A DNA stretch of 63,936 nucleotides, counting the filler, from Octopus bimaculoides (lineage: Eukaryota), in the NCBI RefSeq assembly GCF_001194135.2. It is 8 parts of 7 records of this genome, joined end to end, with 100 filler letters (N's around TTAATTAATTAA, not from the genome) between each part and the next. Parts side by side here need not be neighbours in the genome. Positions count along the whole stretch, not along the records: positions 62,834 to 63,936 come from NC_069006.1; 7 more parts are not named here. One strand, written 5' to 3'. The first letter of the stretch is position 1, and each line of letters starts with the position of its first letter. The translations under genes and the position numbers were made by a program. Below the pieces are notes generated by a model. The model worked only from the letters and a program-made list of their open reading frames with translations, was not told the DNA's origin and made no database searches. This document shows positions 62,834-63,936 of the stretch, piece after piece.

Positions 62834-63057
62834 ATTTGAGCATGGCCGTTGCCAGTACCACCTGACTGGCCCTCATGCCGGTGACACGTAAAAGCACCCA
62901 CTACACTCTTGGAGTGGTTGGCATTAGGAAGGGCATCCAGCTATAGAAACTCTGCCAGATCAGATTGGAGCCTGGTGTAGCCATCTGGTTCACCGGTACT
63001 CAGTCAAATCGTCCAACCCATGCTAGCATGGAAAGCGGATGTTAAACGATGATGATA
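62834..63057 (+). mobile_element. SINE family E, 3' part
   Basis: GGCATTAGGAAGGGCATCCAGCTATAGAAACTCTGCCAGATCAGATTGGAGCC...GTTAAACGATGATGAT. Confidence 0.9.
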
Positions 63058-63196
63058 CGATGGGCTTCTTTCAGTTTCCGTCTACCAAATCCACTCACAA
63101 GGCTATGGTCGGCCTGAAGTTATAGTAGAAGACACTTGCCCAAGATGCCACACAGTGGGACTGAACCCAGAACCATGTGGTTGGTAAGCAAGCTTC
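63058..63196 (-). mobile_element. SINE family A 5' half, CpG-decayed
   Basis: ATGGGCTTC, GGCCTGAAG, CCACACAG and CCCAGAACC replace CpG-containing forms of young copies. Confidence 0.9.
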
Positions 63197-63667
63197 TTTG
63201 TTTCATCAAATTTGCCATAAAGGCATTACATAGGTAGAAGCACGTGCAGGCTGGACAACAACACAAATGAGATGAATGATGAGGAAAATAATGATATTGA
63301 TGAGAGAAGCAAACGACGTCCACCGATCGATGCTTCTTGAGAGCATTGTTCTTTTTTTAAAACACAAATGAGGTGTTAAACCTCTTACAATATTTCAAAT
63401 TGAGGCACTGAGCCTCTTATTAATCAAGTATATGTTTAAATATTACATAATGTAATGTGGTATATATCATTTTTATTTATGTTAATATCCTTGTATAGTT
63501 AATATCCGTGCTTGGATTAAAAGTAGTTATATTATCCAATAGATTGTAAAGGTTCATGTTCTCTTATTATTGAAATGAAATTCAAGCATTATATAATATA
63601 ATATATGTTATTTATATTTGTTATTTCTAATTATTTTAATTAATGTTTGATTTTTAAATTAAGCCAT

Positions 63668-63875
63668 AGTTACTCTTTTACTTGTTTCAGTCATTTGACT
63701 GCAGCTATGCTGAAGCACTGCCTTTAGTCGAGCAAATCGACCCCAGGACTTATTCTTTGGATGCCTAGTACTTATTCTATCGGTCTCTTTTGCCAAACTG
63801 CTAAGTTACGGGGACGTAAACACACCACCATCAGTTGTCAAGCGATGTTTGGGGGGACAAACACACACACACACA
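63668..63875 (-). mobile_element. SINE family A 3' half
   Basis: CTTTTACTTGTTTCAGTCATTTGACTG...AAGCGATG...GGGGACAAACAC. Confidence 0.9.
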
Positions 63876-63885
63876 CATGTATATA

Positions 63886-63935
<50 letters not shown>

Positions 63936-63936
63936 C

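Overview
AT-rich, microsatellite-saturated eukaryotic draft-assembly scaffold with roughly 8 kb of N gaps, seven of them carrying an artificial TTAATTAATTAA spacer. The SINE families and repeat landscape look like those of a coleoid cephalopod, most likely Octopus (inference, not verified). I recognise no intact host gene, rRNA, true tRNA or CRISPR array. Almost all long ORFs in the track are microsatellite or N-gap artefacts. The real content is mobile DNA: at least six tRNA-derived SINE families (my labels A-F); an internally deleted mariner with both TIRs, a TA TSD and an open 179-aa N-terminal ORF; remnants of a Penelope-like GIY-YIG element, a CRE-type non-LTR retrotransposon, a maT-like (DD37D-type) transposase, a Merlin/ISXO2-like transposase and a possible PIF1/Helitron helicase; and many MITEs (Tc1-, pogo/Tigger-, hAT- and piggyBac-like) plus two long fold-back palindromes. 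The two most interesting signals are (1) several minimal type-I hammerhead ribozyme motifs of the Penelope type, one with an apparently complete fold at 29143-29187 (-), and (2) a sharply bounded block (about 34.3-47.8 kb) in which every SINE copy I compared shows strong CpG decay, consistent with a germline-methylated domain such as a gene body.
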